Source: an uncultured cyanobacterium
GTDB lineage: Bacteria > Cyanobacteriota > Cyanobacteriia > Cyanobacteriales > Microcystaceae
NCBI GenBank assembly: GCA_963807635.1
Contig: CAWEDJ010000067.1
Location: 64,001 to 128,000, forward strand
Direction of reading: 5' to 3'
Length of the DNA: 64,000 bases
The notes under the pieces are model-generated. The model did not search any database, was not told the origin of the DNA, and saw nothing but the letters and a program-made list of their open reading frames with translations. Position numbers and translations under genes: made by a program. How positions within the stretch are numbered: position 1 is the stretch's first letter; each line of letters opens with the position of its first letter. This document shows positions 20,918 through 31,191 of this stretch, one piece after another.

Positions 20918-22025
20918 TGATAATCTTATTATTACTGATTCTGCTCTCCTAATTAATCTTTCGTTTTTATTGGCAGAACCAACGGGAATTAGTACCTATG
21001 CTGCTAACGTTTTTCCCTACTTAAAAAAATTAGATCCAACTCTTTTAACCGCTCATCATTATCCTGAATTTAATTGTCATTCTATCCCCAATAATCTAAC
21101 TCCTGCCCAGGGAACAAAAGGTCATTTTAATCGCCTACTCTGGACACAATTCCAATTACCTAAAATTTATAAACAACTCAAAGCTGATTTATTATTCTCA
21201 CCCATTCCCGAAGCTCCTTTATATCAAAAAACTCGTAATATTATCATGGTGCATGACCTCATCCCCTTGAGGTTTCCCCGTTGGAATTCAGCGTTAACTC
21301 AATATTTTAAATGGTGGTTTCCTGAAGTGCTTCGGCAATCAGAACATATTATTTGTAATTCCCAAGCGACGGCAGATGATTTAGTGAATTTTTTCCAAGT
21401 TCCTGCCCAGAAAATTACACCGATTTTATTAGCTTATAATGCTCAACATTTTCGTCACCTAGAAAATTTAGCCCCAGTAAATCCTGATTCAAAACCCTAT
21501 TTTTTATATCTAGGTCGCCATGATCCGCATAAAAATTTGACTCGTTTATTAACGGCATTTAGTAAGCTTTCTAACTCTAAAGATTATGAACTCTGGTTAG
21601 CAGGGCCAACGGATAAACGTTATACCCCAAAATTAAAGTTACAAGCCCAGGAATTAGGCATCCAAAATCAGGTGAAATTTTTAGATTATGTCTCCTATGA
21701 GCAATTACCGATTATCTTAAATCAGGCTTTTGCGTTAGTTTTTCCGTCGCTGTGGGAAGGATTTGGGTTTCCTGTCATTGAGGCAATGGCCTGTGGAACG
21801 CCTGTAATTACCTCTAATTTATCTTCTTTGCCTGAAGTAGCGGGAGATGCAGCAATTTTAGTGAATCCCTATGAGGTTTTGGAATTAACTAATGCGATGC
21901 AAAGTTTAATTCAAGATCAAAAAATGCGATCGCAACTAATTGACCGCAGTTTACAACAGGCAAAACAATTTAGTTGGGAAAAAACAGGACTGGAAACCCA
22001 AGCTGTTTTAGAACAATTTTTATGA
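20910..22025 (+). CDS. Glycosyltransferase family 4
   Basis: [20 protein letters not shown]. Confidence 0.93.
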   Translation: MNDDNLIITDSALLINLSFLLAEPTGISTYAANVFPYLKKLDPTLLTAHHYPEFNCHSIPNNLTPAQGTKGHFNRLLWTQFQLPKIYKQLKADLLFSPIPEAPLYQKTRNIIMVHDLIPLRFPRWNSALTQYFKWWFPEVLRQSEHIICNSQATADDLVNFFQVPAQKITPILLAYNAQHFRHLENLAPVNPDSKPYFLYLGRHDPHKNLTRLLTAFSKLSNSKDYELWLAGPTDKRYTPKLKLQAQELGIQNQVKFLDYVSYEQLPIILNQAFALVFPSLWEGFGFPVIEAMACGTPVITSNLSSLPEVAGDAAILVNPYEVLELTNAMQSLIQDQKMRSQLIDRSLQQAKQFSWEKTGLETQAVLEQFL

Positions 22026-22805
22026 AGTGGACGTTACAGGAAAAACACCTGGCCACCGTTTATATTTCAGATAAAATCCTCCCAAACAGAGGGCAATAAT
22101 AGCAACGGTTCCTAATGCTAAATAACTCGGTACAAAAAATACGGCTTCTAGAGTATTAATCTGACCTGGTTTTAGTTTCCAAACTAACTGTGAGCGCGTA
22201 CTGGATTCGGGTAATAAAACTCCATCGGTGGTAATACTCTGAGTTAGAAACGGCGTATTGAGGGCAAATTCTAAATCGATCAAAGAACCAGGACTGACAA
22301 TAATATTTCCCTGATCAGAAAGCACTCCCAATGCCCGTAAATCTACCGTTAAATTAAGATGATTTCGATCTAAAAAGAGCCAGTTACTCTGGGCGATCGC
22401 CATTTCTGCTTTTAGTTGTAGTAAATCTAATTGATCAGCCTTGGGTTTAGTCGTATTTTTAGGGGGATTCGGATTAAAAAATAGGTTGAATTTTTCTGCT
22501 AATTCTTTTCCATTAGCAAAAGGAATTTTAACAATCATTTCTTGATCAGAAAGACGTTGAGTTTTTCCCTGTAAAGCTTTAGCACGACTTTCAATACTCG
22601 CGAGCCATTTATCCGTTTCCGTTTGGCTTAGAGTGGTTAACTGTTGCCCTAGTTGAATATGTTGAACAATTTCTCCGTGATGTTGCTCAGTAAAATTAAT
22701 GCCAACATCGTAGCGGACACAGCCACCCAAACAAGTTATCAGTAATAATGCTAGGGGTAATAGGAAAGCAAAGAATCGATTTTTAGATTTCATAAGAAAG
22801 TTCAA
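22020..22805 (-). CDS. DUF3153-like lipoprotein with C-terminal TM
   Basis: LGGCVRYDVGI lipobox; WKLKPGQIN; C-terminal anchor. Confidence 0.8.
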   Translation of the reverse strand: MNFLMKSKNRFFAFLLPLALLLITCLGGCVRYDVGINFTEQHHGEIVQHIQLGQQLTTLSQTETDKWLASIESRAKALQGKTQRLSDQEMIVKIPFANGKELAEKFNLFFNPNPPKNTTKPKADQLDLLQLKAEMAIAQSNWLFLDRNHLNLTVDLRALGVLSDQGNIIVSPGSLIDLEFALNTPFLTQSITTDGVLLPESSTRSQLVWKLKPGQINTLEAVFFVPSYLALGTVAIIALCLGGFYLKYKRWPGVFPVTSTS

Positions 22806-22875
22806 AAATTCAACAAAAATTAGGTTTTCATCAACGAGATACAGTAAATTGGGTTGTGATCACGGGAGGATTTTT

Positions 22876-22904
22876 GTAGGGACACAATACTATTATGTCC
22901 TTAC
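22876..22904. repeat. GTAG-type REP-like palindrome
   Basis: GTAGGGACACAATACTATTATGTCCTTAC. Confidence 0.6.
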
Positions 22905-22938
22905 CTAGTAAAGGATTTAACCATCAAATGCTGTATTT

Positions 22939-25191
22939 TTATTCCTCATCCCAATCAGTATTCTGAGAAGCAACGCCACTACTAACGGTTATGAGATCAA
23001 TTTGTTGACGGTAGTAATCCACACTTTTAATCTGAACATCGACCTCATTTCCTAATCGGTAAGCTGTGCGATTTTTGCGTCCGACCAAGCAACTATGGCG
23101 AGCGCGATATTCATACCAATCATCTTTTAGGGAACTCACATGAACTAATCCTTCTACTAATAAATCCTCAATTTCTACAAAGAAACCATAGGATTGAACT
23201 CCTGTAATTAAACCCCGAAAGATTTGTCCCGTACGTTCTTTCATTTTTTCGGATTTTTTAAGACCCGCCAAGTCTTTTTCGGCATCTTCGGCTAGTTTTG
23301 AGCGGTCGTTGAGGGGGGACATCAACAGATGAAAATCTTCAATTAAGGCTTCATGAATTGCAGGGGGTAAGACATTCCAATTAATTTGACCGTGACAATC
23401 CAAATTATTGAGATTGACCCCTATTTTATTTTGTTTGGTGCGGCGATCGCGTCCTTCAGAAAGGACTAATTTCAAGACCCGTTGAATGAGTAAATCGGCG
23501 TAACGCTGACCTGGGGAGATGAAATGGGCGTAACCGTCACTGTAGGCAAGACCAAAGTGGGGAGCGGGATGGGTACTGTATTTTTCTCCCTTTAACGTGC
23601 CTTCGAGCAGGTGATTAAGAATACGGGAAGAATCGGATTTCGCAAAGGCCTGGGTCAGATTGGCATAATCCTGGGGTTTGAGATCCGCTTCCGTATCCAC
23701 AGTGACTTCTAACTTGAGATTAGCGGCGAGTTTCAACAGATCCGTTAGGTCTTCTCCATCAGGGGCGGACTGAGTGCAAAAAATACTGGGGACTTGTAGG
23801 GCAACCAGGTGATCCGCGATCGCCTTACCCATCAAAACAATTAATTCCGTCAACAAAGCCCGAATCGGCAGAGCTTCGGAAACCAAGACCACTCCCGAAC
23901 GCCCCTCATCCAGAAACGGTAATTGGGTATCGGATTGAATATTAAAACTACCCCGTTGTAAGCGTTGACTCTTAACCAGGGGACTGAAAGTAAAAAAGAG
24001 TTGATTCAATTTTTCAACCAAATCTTCTAGCTCATTCGGCACATTTTCGGGTTCTGATAAAAGCGTTTGTACCTGGGCGAAATTTAACTGATGGTCAACT
24101 TTGATCAAACTAGGATGGTATTCAAAACCGACGATTTTAGCATTGACATCTAAGGAAACAAAGAAAGAAAGAGCCAGACGGTCTTCTCCTGGAACGAGGG
24201 AACAACGCTGAGTGATTGCTTCAGGAAATAAAGGAGACACTTTTTCCCCTAAATAAACCGAGGTTCCTCGTTTTTTCGCTGCTTTTTCTAAAGGGCTATT
24301 CGGTAAAACATAATGGGCGACATCGGTGACATGGATTCCGAATTGCCATCTTTTTTCGATTTTTTCAAGGGTAAAAGCCGTTTCAATGAAGGGTAAATTT
24401 TCCCTTGGTATATCATCAGTAAAGGTAAAAGTCAGGAGTTCGCGCAGGTCTTGACGATTTTTCAGTTCGGATTCATCGAAGGTCGGGGGTAAATTTTCGG
24501 CGGCTTGCAGAACTTCTGGTTTCCAGCTTTGGGGCAGGTCATGTTTACAGGAGACAATATCCGTATCGGCGGCGGCTTCTGCATCACTGCCAAGGATTTT
24601 GGTCACTTCACCGAGGGGCGGATTGGTTCCGATGGGATAGCGGAGGACAGAAACATGAACGAGATGATCGATCGCACTGGCTAAATCCTGATCATTTTCC
24701 AGCAGATTTAATTCAAATAAAAGTCGGTCATCCAACGGCACAGCCCGAAATTTGTCATCTTCCAATTTAACTTGCGCTAGTAAAGAGGGATTAGCCCGTT
24801 CTAGGATTAATCGCACTGCTCCTTCAGGAGAACGTCGTCGGGTTCCTTCTTTAATCACTTTTACTAAAACGCGATCGCCATTCCAGGCATTGCCTAGCTG
24901 GGTTTCTCGGACATAAATATCATCGGCATCTTCCACATCCTGGATCGCAAAACAGAAGCCTTTACTCGAACAACGGAGTTTGGCTTCGACAACGTTTTCT
25001 TCTACGACCCGTCGATATTTCCCTCGTTCTTTTTCTAAAATACCGACTCGCTCTAGGGCATCTAAGACAATTTGCAGTTTTTCAAGGGATTCTTCATCCT
25101 CTTCGCAACCCAGTTTTTTTTCTAAAACTTTTCCTGCGATTAATTTATCATCCGAAAAATGGGAAAGGAGTGTAGCGATTGAAAATTCCAT
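22939..25191 (-). CDS. RNase II/R family exoribonuclease-like protein
   Basis: Cold-shock domains, RNB region (HFGLAY..YAHFISP..RYADL), C-terminal S1 (GLITGVQSYGFFV). Confidence 0.9.
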   Translation of the reverse strand: MEFSIATLLSHFSDDKLIAGKVLEKKLGCEEDEESLEKLQIVLDALERVGILEKERGKYRRVVEENVVEAKLRCSSKGFCFAIQDVEDADDIYVRETQLGNAWNGDRVLVKVIKEGTRRRSPEGAVRLILERANPSLLAQVKLEDDKFRAVPLDDRLLFELNLLENDQDLASAIDHLVHVSVLRYPIGTNPPLGEVTKILGSDAEAAADTDIVSCKHDLPQSWKPEVLQAAENLPPTFDESELKNRQDLRELLTFTFTDDIPRENLPFIETAFTLEKIEKRWQFGIHVTDVAHYVLPNSPLEKAAKKRGTSVYLGEKVSPLFPEAITQRCSLVPGEDRLALSFFVSLDVNAKIVGFEYHPSLIKVDHQLNFAQVQTLLSEPENVPNELEDLVEKLNQLFFTFSPLVKSQRLQRGSFNIQSDTQLPFLDEGRSGVVLVSEALPIRALLTELIVLMGKAIADHLVALQVPSIFCTQSAPDGEDLTDLLKLAANLKLEVTVDTEADLKPQDYANLTQAFAKSDSSRILNHLLEGTLKGEKYSTHPAPHFGLAYSDGYAHFISPGQRYADLLIQRVLKLVLSEGRDRRTKQNKIGVNLNNLDCHGQINWNVLPPAIHEALIEDFHLLMSPLNDRSKLAEDAEKDLAGLKKSEKMKERTGQIFRGLITGVQSYGFFVEIEDLLVEGLVHVSSLKDDWYEYRARHSCLVGRKNRTAYRLGNEVDVQIKSVDYYRQQIDLITVSSGVASQNTDWDEE

Positions 25192-25877
25192 GAATAGTGA
25201 TCCTTAATAATGTGTAGCAGTTAAAAAAAGAGAGGACTGATGAGGGTTTCTACAGAAGAGTTCTTTTCCTCTATCTAGCTTTTCAGACATCAAATTTTAA
25301 AGAATTGTCTGATGCAGAAGAAGAAATGACACTAATCCAATAAAGCGGTTATGACCAATGAATTAAACCCGCGAGAATTTCTAGGTTGACGATGAGGGTG
25401 TCCCTAGAAAACTAGGCGTAAGCATGAACGAAGGGTTGCAATTAACAAGGTTGGGGAGAAAAAACTCTCTTCATCTCTTCGGACTTTAAGAAAGATTGCA
25501 GCTTTCGATAGCAAGCGACTCTCGTTGAGGTTGACGATTGTTTCCGTAGGTAATAAAACCTAAAGATGGACAGTCGATTCTAAAGATATTCTTGGGATAT
25601 TCTTTAGATTTAACTTTATATTGTAACAATCTAATGGCCTTTATCGTGAATGTCGAAGGGACTATTTTTAAGATGGGAGGGATTTAGACAAGATAAAAGC
25701 GATCGCCGAAATGTGAGTAACTCTCCAGGAATTTGCCAAAACAGTACCAAAAAAACTAAACTAAGTGTCGAAAGCAAAGTTTTCTCTGCTAGGATCGAAT
25801 CACGACTCAATAATAGAAAAAACTCGGTCAGGTCTCTATTCACCGCTATTTATTTCGATTAAATTCAAAATTTTGTT

Positions 25878-26813
25878 ATGTTGAATCAATTTCGTCTCCA
25901 TTATCCCCAAGGCAGTCTCACCAGTGAATTAGTAATGATTGATCACGGTCTTTATATTGTGCGATCGCGGGTAGAGGTGGGAGATGTGACCCTGGCGACG
26001 GGATTGGCAGGAGCGGCAACGGTTGAGAGCGCGGAAGATCAAGCCCGACTCCGAGCCTTAGCCCTGTTGAATTTTGAGAGCAAGCCCTCCGCAGAAATCA
26101 AGCCCGCCCCCATTGCGTCTGCTACGGATCATAAAACCGCGATCGCGAGTGAACCTGTTGCCGTAAAAGAAAAATTAATCGAAGAAGTCCATCCCGTCCC
26201 GATTCCTAAAGTTGTTAAAACTAAAAAAGCCCCTACCCCGCCCTTACCCGTAGAAGTTGAAACCATTGCAGTAAAAACCGAGCAATCTTCCCCTATCTCC
26301 TCACCCGAAGTTGCTCCCATTCCTGAACCTTCCCCAGTGACCCCATCTCCGATTCCCGAAAAAGCTCCTGAATTAATCCTCTCAGAACCCGTTGAACCAG
26401 AAATTGAACATCCTGCTGAAGAGTTTGTTGAAATTCCCCCGATTCCACCTGAATTAACCGAGCAGAATGGAAAAGCACCCTTGCTGGATTTTGCTGAGAC
26501 GAATGGTGGTCACGAATCTCCCTTACCCTTGGAAACCCTACCGCTTTTGGATAATGTTATGGTGTCCCAAGCTCCAGAAATGGCAGTTGATCAACCCGCT
26601 CCTTCTGCTTTAGATACCAGTCAACCCATTGATTTTTCCGAAGTGATTGCCCGTAGCAATGTGGAACTCAAGCGACTCAACTGGACACAGGAACATGGCA
26701 AAAATTATCTTCTCCAAACCTACGGCAAGCGATCGCGTCAACTGCTTTCGGATGAAGAATTAATCGAATTTCTCCAGTATCTAGAAAGTCAACCTACACC
26801 GACCTCTGATTGA
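25878..26813 (+). CDS. Hypothetical protein with Pro/Glu-rich linker
   Basis: Folded N-terminus, low-complexity middle, C-terminal LKRLNWTQEHGKNYLLQTYGKRSRQLLSDEEL module. Confidence 0.85.
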   Translation: MLNQFRLHYPQGSLTSELVMIDHGLYIVRSRVEVGDVTLATGLAGAATVESAEDQARLRALALLNFESKPSAEIKPAPIASATDHKTAIASEPVAVKEKLIEEVHPVPIPKVVKTKKAPTPPLPVEVETIAVKTEQSSPISSPEVAPIPEPSPVTPSPIPEKAPELILSEPVEPEIEHPAEEFVEIPPIPPELTEQNGKAPLLDFAETNGGHESPLPLETLPLLDNVMVSQAPEMAVDQPAPSALDTSQPIDFSEVIARSNVELKRLNWTQEHGKNYLLQTYGKRSRQLLSDEELIEFLQYLESQPTPTSD

Positions 26814-26866
26814 GGATAAACTATTGGAATTTCAGTAAAAAAATTAGTGAATAATGGCAACTAATT

Positions 26867-27173
26867 ATGACAACGCTTCTTACCATCGACGCTAAAAAAA
26901 ATGCTGATTCTTCCTTGGTTTTTTCTAATATTAGCTGCCCCAATTTGACGCGATCGCAACGGCCTTTAATGAAATTGCAGGAGTCAGGTTAACTTATTTA
27001 GATAATGTTTTAGAAATTATGACCCTGAGTCCAGAGCATGAAGAAACAAAAAGCACAATTTGCATTCTGATAGAAGCCTATTTGAGAGAAATTGGCATTC
27101 GTTTCTATGTTCGAGGAAATGCGACTCTCGGAAGTCGAGAAATTGGCGGACAAAAGGAACCCGATGAATCCTA
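26867..27173 (+). pseudogene. Uma2 (DUF820) endonuclease remnant truncated by IS5
   Basis: Hand translation ..QFDAIA..VRLTYLDNVLEIMTLSPEHEE..KEPDES; frameshift near 26938; ends at the IS. Confidence 0.75.
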
Positions 27174-28085
27174 GGGCGTGTCATCAATTAGGGTGGTTGA
27201 CATTAGTGGCAAATAATGCGCAGAGTATGAAATGACACAATATACGTTGAAGAGAGGTGTGAATATGACGAGGCGTTATGCGTTGCGGGATGACCAATGG
27301 GAAAGAATCAAAGAGCTATTACCTGGAAAAGAGGGAGATGTGGGAGTAACAGCCAAAGATAATCGTTTGTTTGTTGAAGCCGTATTATATCGATATAGAG
27401 CGGGCATTCCTTGGAGAGACTTACCCGAAAGGTTTGGAGATTTTCGAGTGATTCACACGCGTTTTACGCGATGGACGAAATCAGGGGTGTGGGAAAAGGT
27501 ATTCAAGCACTTAGCGCAGGACGCTGATAATGAATACGCAATGATAGATGCAACGATTGTGAGAGCGCATCAACACAGTGCAGGAGCAAAAAACAGTAGC
27601 GCAGAGGAAGAAGATATAGGAAGGAGTACAGGAGGATTAAGTACGAAAATCCATGCCGTAGTAGACGCATTAGGGAATCCAGTCTCTTTTTTCCTAACGC
27701 CAGGTCAAGCGTGTGATTTAGACGGAGCCGATGTGCTATTGCCTGATGTAGAAGCAGAAGCGGTGCTAGGGGACAAAGCCTATGACGCAGACGATAGAGT
27801 CATTAAGGTTCTAGAAAAAAGAGGGATAGTGCCTGTGATACCCTCGAAAAGTAATCGAAAAGAACCTCGCCCTTATGATACATTTTTGTATAAAGCGCGT
27901 CATTTAGTCGAAAACTTCTTTGCGAAACTCAAACAATATCGTGCGCTTGCGACTCGTTACGACAAGCGCTCAGCCAATTTTCTAGGCGGCATCTATCTGG
28001 CCGCATCAGTTATATGGTTAGCGTAGCCCAGTTTGAACAGCATAATTATTCACTAATGTCAAGTGTGTTAGTTGATGACACGCTC
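27174..28085 (+). mobile_element. IS5-family (IS427-like) insertion sequence
   Basis: Ends GGGCGTGTCATCAATTA / TAGTTGATGACACGCTC; both junctions read CTAG (TA duplication). Confidence 0.92.
27265..28026 (+). CDS. IS5-family transposase
   Basis: RYRAGIPWRDLP; IDATIVRAH; GDKAYD; RHLVENFFAKLKQYRALATRYDK. Confidence 0.95.
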   Translation: MTRRYALRDDQWERIKELLPGKEGDVGVTAKDNRLFVEAVLYRYRAGIPWRDLPERFGDFRVIHTRFTRWTKSGVWEKVFKHLAQDADNEYAMIDATIVRAHQHSAGAKNSSAEEEDIGRSTGGLSTKIHAVVDALGNPVSFFLTPGQACDLDGADVLLPDVEAEAVLGDKAYDADDRVIKVLEKRGIVPVIPSKSNRKEPRPYDTFLYKARHLVENFFAKLKQYRALATRYDKRSANFLGGIYLAASVIWLA

Positions 28086-28103
28086 TAGAAATTGTAAACA
28101 TAA

Positions 28104-28358
28104 TTATTTATAAATATCTCGCCGATGTCCTATTTTTCTTAATTTGATTTTTTGGTTTTGATCATCAATATCATATATGATTCTATAATCACCGATACGA
28201 ATACGATAACCTTGTGTATTTTTCATTTTCAAATAACCATTAGGTCTAGGATTTGTCTGCATTTTCACTAAACACTCAAAAATATCATCTTGAATAGTTC
28301 TAGACAATTTTTTTATCTGCTTTTGGACTGAATTAGGAATGATAATTTGATGGGTCAT
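28104..28358 (-). CDS. RelE/ParE-family toxin
   Basis: NPRPNG..YRIRIGDYRIIYDIDD..IGHRRDIY. Confidence 0.92.
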   Translation of the reverse strand: MTHQIIIPNSVQKQIKKLSRTIQDDIFECLVKMQTNPRPNGYLKMKNTQGYRIRIGDYRIIYDIDDQNQKIKLRKIGHRRDIYK

Positions 28359-28361
28359 AGC

Positions 28362-28580
28362 TTACTCGTTCTCGCGTTGACTCACAAATTCTTCTAATGT
28401 TAAATAATCACCCGAAGCAATTTCTGAATTAGTTTCTTCTATTGCCTGCTCATAAGCTTTAGCACAATAAAACTCGTCTAAGTCTTCTAATAGTTTTTCA
28501 TAAACTGCAATATCTAAAACTACTGCAATTCGGTTCCCTTTTTCATCGGTTAAAAATTTTTCTTGTAAATTAGTGACCAT
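28362..28580 (-). CDS. Cognate antitoxin
   Basis: FLTDEKGNRIAVVLDI..acidic tail; 3 bp upstream of toxin. Confidence 0.82.
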   Translation of the reverse strand: MVTNLQEKFLTDEKGNRIAVVLDIAVYEKLLEDLDEFYCAKAYEQAIEETNSEIASGDYLTLEEFVSQRENE

Positions 28581-28743
28581 AATGCTAAAGCTCCCATGAG
28601 AAATGATCGGGGTGAATTCCTTTTTCTTTATTGTAACGAATTGCTGATGTTCTCTTCTAGACTATGCGATAACCCTTTATCACTGCAACAAAATAGGAAT
28701 GGGATCACCATTTATTATTACATTAAAAATTTAGACCTATTTG

Positions 28744-30762
28744 TTATGAATTTCTGGATGTTTCTCGGCTAGGACAAAGTGTACAATAAATATTTTTAAA
28801 TATTTTTATTTGCTCAGTCCACTCTGGAGTCAATTGATTAACTAAATATCCTAATTTTGAGCATTCAATACATCTATTAGGATTTATTGTATACATTGTA
28901 TGATGTGAATAAATATGTTGTTGATCTTGAAGAACTTGAATATGACGACAGAATTCATTTTTCTCTATCATTATATCTCTAAGACACTGAAAATCTATTA
29001 TAATATTTTCTCTACGTTCTCTGGGCAAACCATACATTTGAAGTGTTTGGTCGGCATAAAATTCTAACCCTTCATTTGTTGATAAAGGAGATACATCAAA
29101 AACACCAATTTTTTTCTGTTGTACAATCTCATCAATAGATTTCATTATTTGTGAGAATAGAGAATTTCCATCAATAATTTCTTTAGCGGTTTCAAAATGA
29201 CGCTTATATCCTAAAAATTTAGACTGATTAGATACAGCTTGTGCAATCTTTTTAGCTTCTTCTTCTTGTCCATTTATTTCAAATATCTGAGCCATTATTA
29301 ATTGAAGACGGACTTCCCCTTCTATCATTTTAGATATTTTATAAATTTCTAACGACTGATTACAAAAATTGATAAGCTCTGATACTTCCTGATTAATAAG
29401 ATCTTTACTTATAGATTCTCCTTGAAATGTGATTAAAGCTATATTGTAAGTCAATAGAAGTACCTTAATAAATACTTTAGAGGTAAGAGCATCTGCTACG
29501 AAGATTGGATTTCCAATTCTAATAGCATATTGAACGAGATCATTCGCTTCAACTAACCAATTTTCAAGATATTGAAAAGCGTATTTTGAATTAGAACTTT
29601 TATCAACAACAAAAGGATTATTGTTACTCAAGACTATTGTAATAGTTTCATTCAAAATATTATGAATCGAATCTAAGCCTGCTATTTCAATATATTTTAC
29701 TCTCACACTAAACTTTAGGTTATCTGGAAAGATTTCTGAATTAACAACTTTGTCTCTAATATTTTTTATTTCATCTAATATTTTTTTATCGTACACTGAC
29801 AAAGAACGAAATTCATCTATGAGCTTTTGCAATTTAATTTCTTCTAACAAGCCTTCATCACAAAGTGCTTGTTTTTCAAGGTTTTTATAATATTCATCAT
29901 TTGTAATTACCCCTAAATTAAGTTTTGATGCTAGATGTAGTCTTTCTGCAAATTTTCTATCTTCATCTTGCAAGTCCTCCGAAATGGCTGCATCAGCAGC
30001 TTCTCCCAATGCAGTTTGATATTTACCAATAGTGAAATTTGCGTAAGAACTGATTAGCTTAAATCGGGAAGAAATAGAGGCTTTGTAAGTAATTAAACTT
30101 AACTTTTCAAGGACTACATGGGCATAGCCTGCTGCAACAAGAGTTATTCCAGTAGATTCTATAATGTTCTCAATTTCAATAGAATTTTCAGTATTTAGAG
30201 TATTAGTGTTGATTACGATAGAGACCTTATCATTAGAAGGAGCATATGCGAGGGTTTCTAAAATTTTGCGATGTAATCCCACTTCTTGATAAATCCTGTC
30301 ATAAATATAATTGAGAGTTGATTCATTTAATTGTTGTTCAAAAGGAATTGAAATTGTACCCTGATCTTTCCAATCAGAATCCATGCTGATATGGCGACGA
30401 TTCTCGTCACTTGCCCATGTATAAAATAATTCGTCTGTTTCTTCGATGTATAAAATATATAAACCCAAGGGGCCGTTTAATAAATAGTTTAAATTACTTG
30501 TTTCAATTTGTAGAGTGACAATCCCATCCTTTCTTGCCTGCTTTTTTTGTTTACTTTTGAGTTGAACTTGAGCGCGCATATTAATCGGATTGCCATCAAT
30601 TAATATCTCTAAAGAGCCATCAACGCCATAATCATCAATCCGTTCATCTCGAAAAATAAAAAGATGCTCTGGTAACAAAGCTTCAAACTTTTTAATACTT
30701 TTTCTCTGTAATCGAGAAGAAATATCTCCTTGAGGATAGGGATTTGGTTTATTATTCATCAA
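28744..30762 (-). CDS. DUF4365 (PD-(D/E)xK-like) protein with long helical/TPR-like C-terminus
   Basis: DDYGVDGSLEI..QVQLKS..SNLNYL; AT-rich, no HIP1 seen. Confidence 0.8.
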   Translation of the reverse strand: MMNNKPNPYPQGDISSRLQRKSIKKFEALLPEHLFIFRDERIDDYGVDGSLEILIDGNPINMRAQVQLKSKQKKQARKDGIVTLQIETSNLNYLLNGPLGLYILYIEETDELFYTWASDENRRHISMDSDWKDQGTISIPFEQQLNESTLNYIYDRIYQEVGLHRKILETLAYAPSNDKVSIVINTNTLNTENSIEIENIIESTGITLVAAGYAHVVLEKLSLITYKASISSRFKLISSYANFTIGKYQTALGEAADAAISEDLQDEDRKFAERLHLASKLNLGVITNDEYYKNLEKQALCDEGLLEEIKLQKLIDEFRSLSVYDKKILDEIKNIRDKVVNSEIFPDNLKFSVRVKYIEIAGLDSIHNILNETITIVLSNNNPFVVDKSSNSKYAFQYLENWLVEANDLVQYAIRIGNPIFVADALTSKVFIKVLLLTYNIALITFQGESISKDLINQEVSELINFCNQSLEIYKISKMIEGEVRLQLIMAQIFEINGQEEEAKKIAQAVSNQSKFLGYKRHFETAKEIIDGNSLFSQIMKSIDEIVQQKKIGVFDVSPLSTNEGLEFYADQTLQMYGLPRERRENIIIDFQCLRDIMIEKNEFCRHIQVLQDQQHIYSHHTMYTINPNRCIECSKLGYLVNQLTPEWTEQIKIFKNIYCTLCPSRETSRNS

Positions 30763-30988
30763 TTACTTTTCTCCAATTAACTTGTTTGTCAGTTACAACT
30801 TTTTTATCAGTGATCTTCCATGTCAAGAATTCCGAAAAAAGAGGAGATTATCGCTAATCCGTACCATTATAACCTATTAATCCGCTCCCTCAATTAGTGC
30901 AAACTCTTGACGCTAAGTATTTTTCGTCATCTTAACGCTAAACTCATCATCAGACAACAACAATTTCCCAATTCATAAAAACTAATTT

Positions 30989-31137
30989 ATGAAATTCAAC
31001 GTAACTATTGATCGAGATGAAGTATGGCGTTTGGATTTTTGAATGTCCCATTATTCATGGCTGTGTCAGTCAGGGAGAAACCAAAGATAAAGCCTTAGCC
31101 AATATTCAAGATGCCATTACTGCCTGTCTTCAGGTTG
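30989..31137 (+). pseudogene. HicB-family antitoxin remnant
   Basis: MKFNVTIDRDE, then after a frameshift ECPIIHGCVSQGETKDKALANIQDAITACL. Confidence 0.7.
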
Positions 31138-31191
31138 GACGCGATTCTCCATGTTAGACGCGATTCTTCAGGCTAGATGCCGCTGTTTACT

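Noticed and set aside
25631..25862. Two overlapping 70-aa ORFs on opposite strands
   Set aside because: No motifs or RBS; likely promoter-region noise
31128..31184. Three degenerate 19-nt tandem units after the HicB remnant
   Set aside because: Too short and divergent to assign; probably a junction scar
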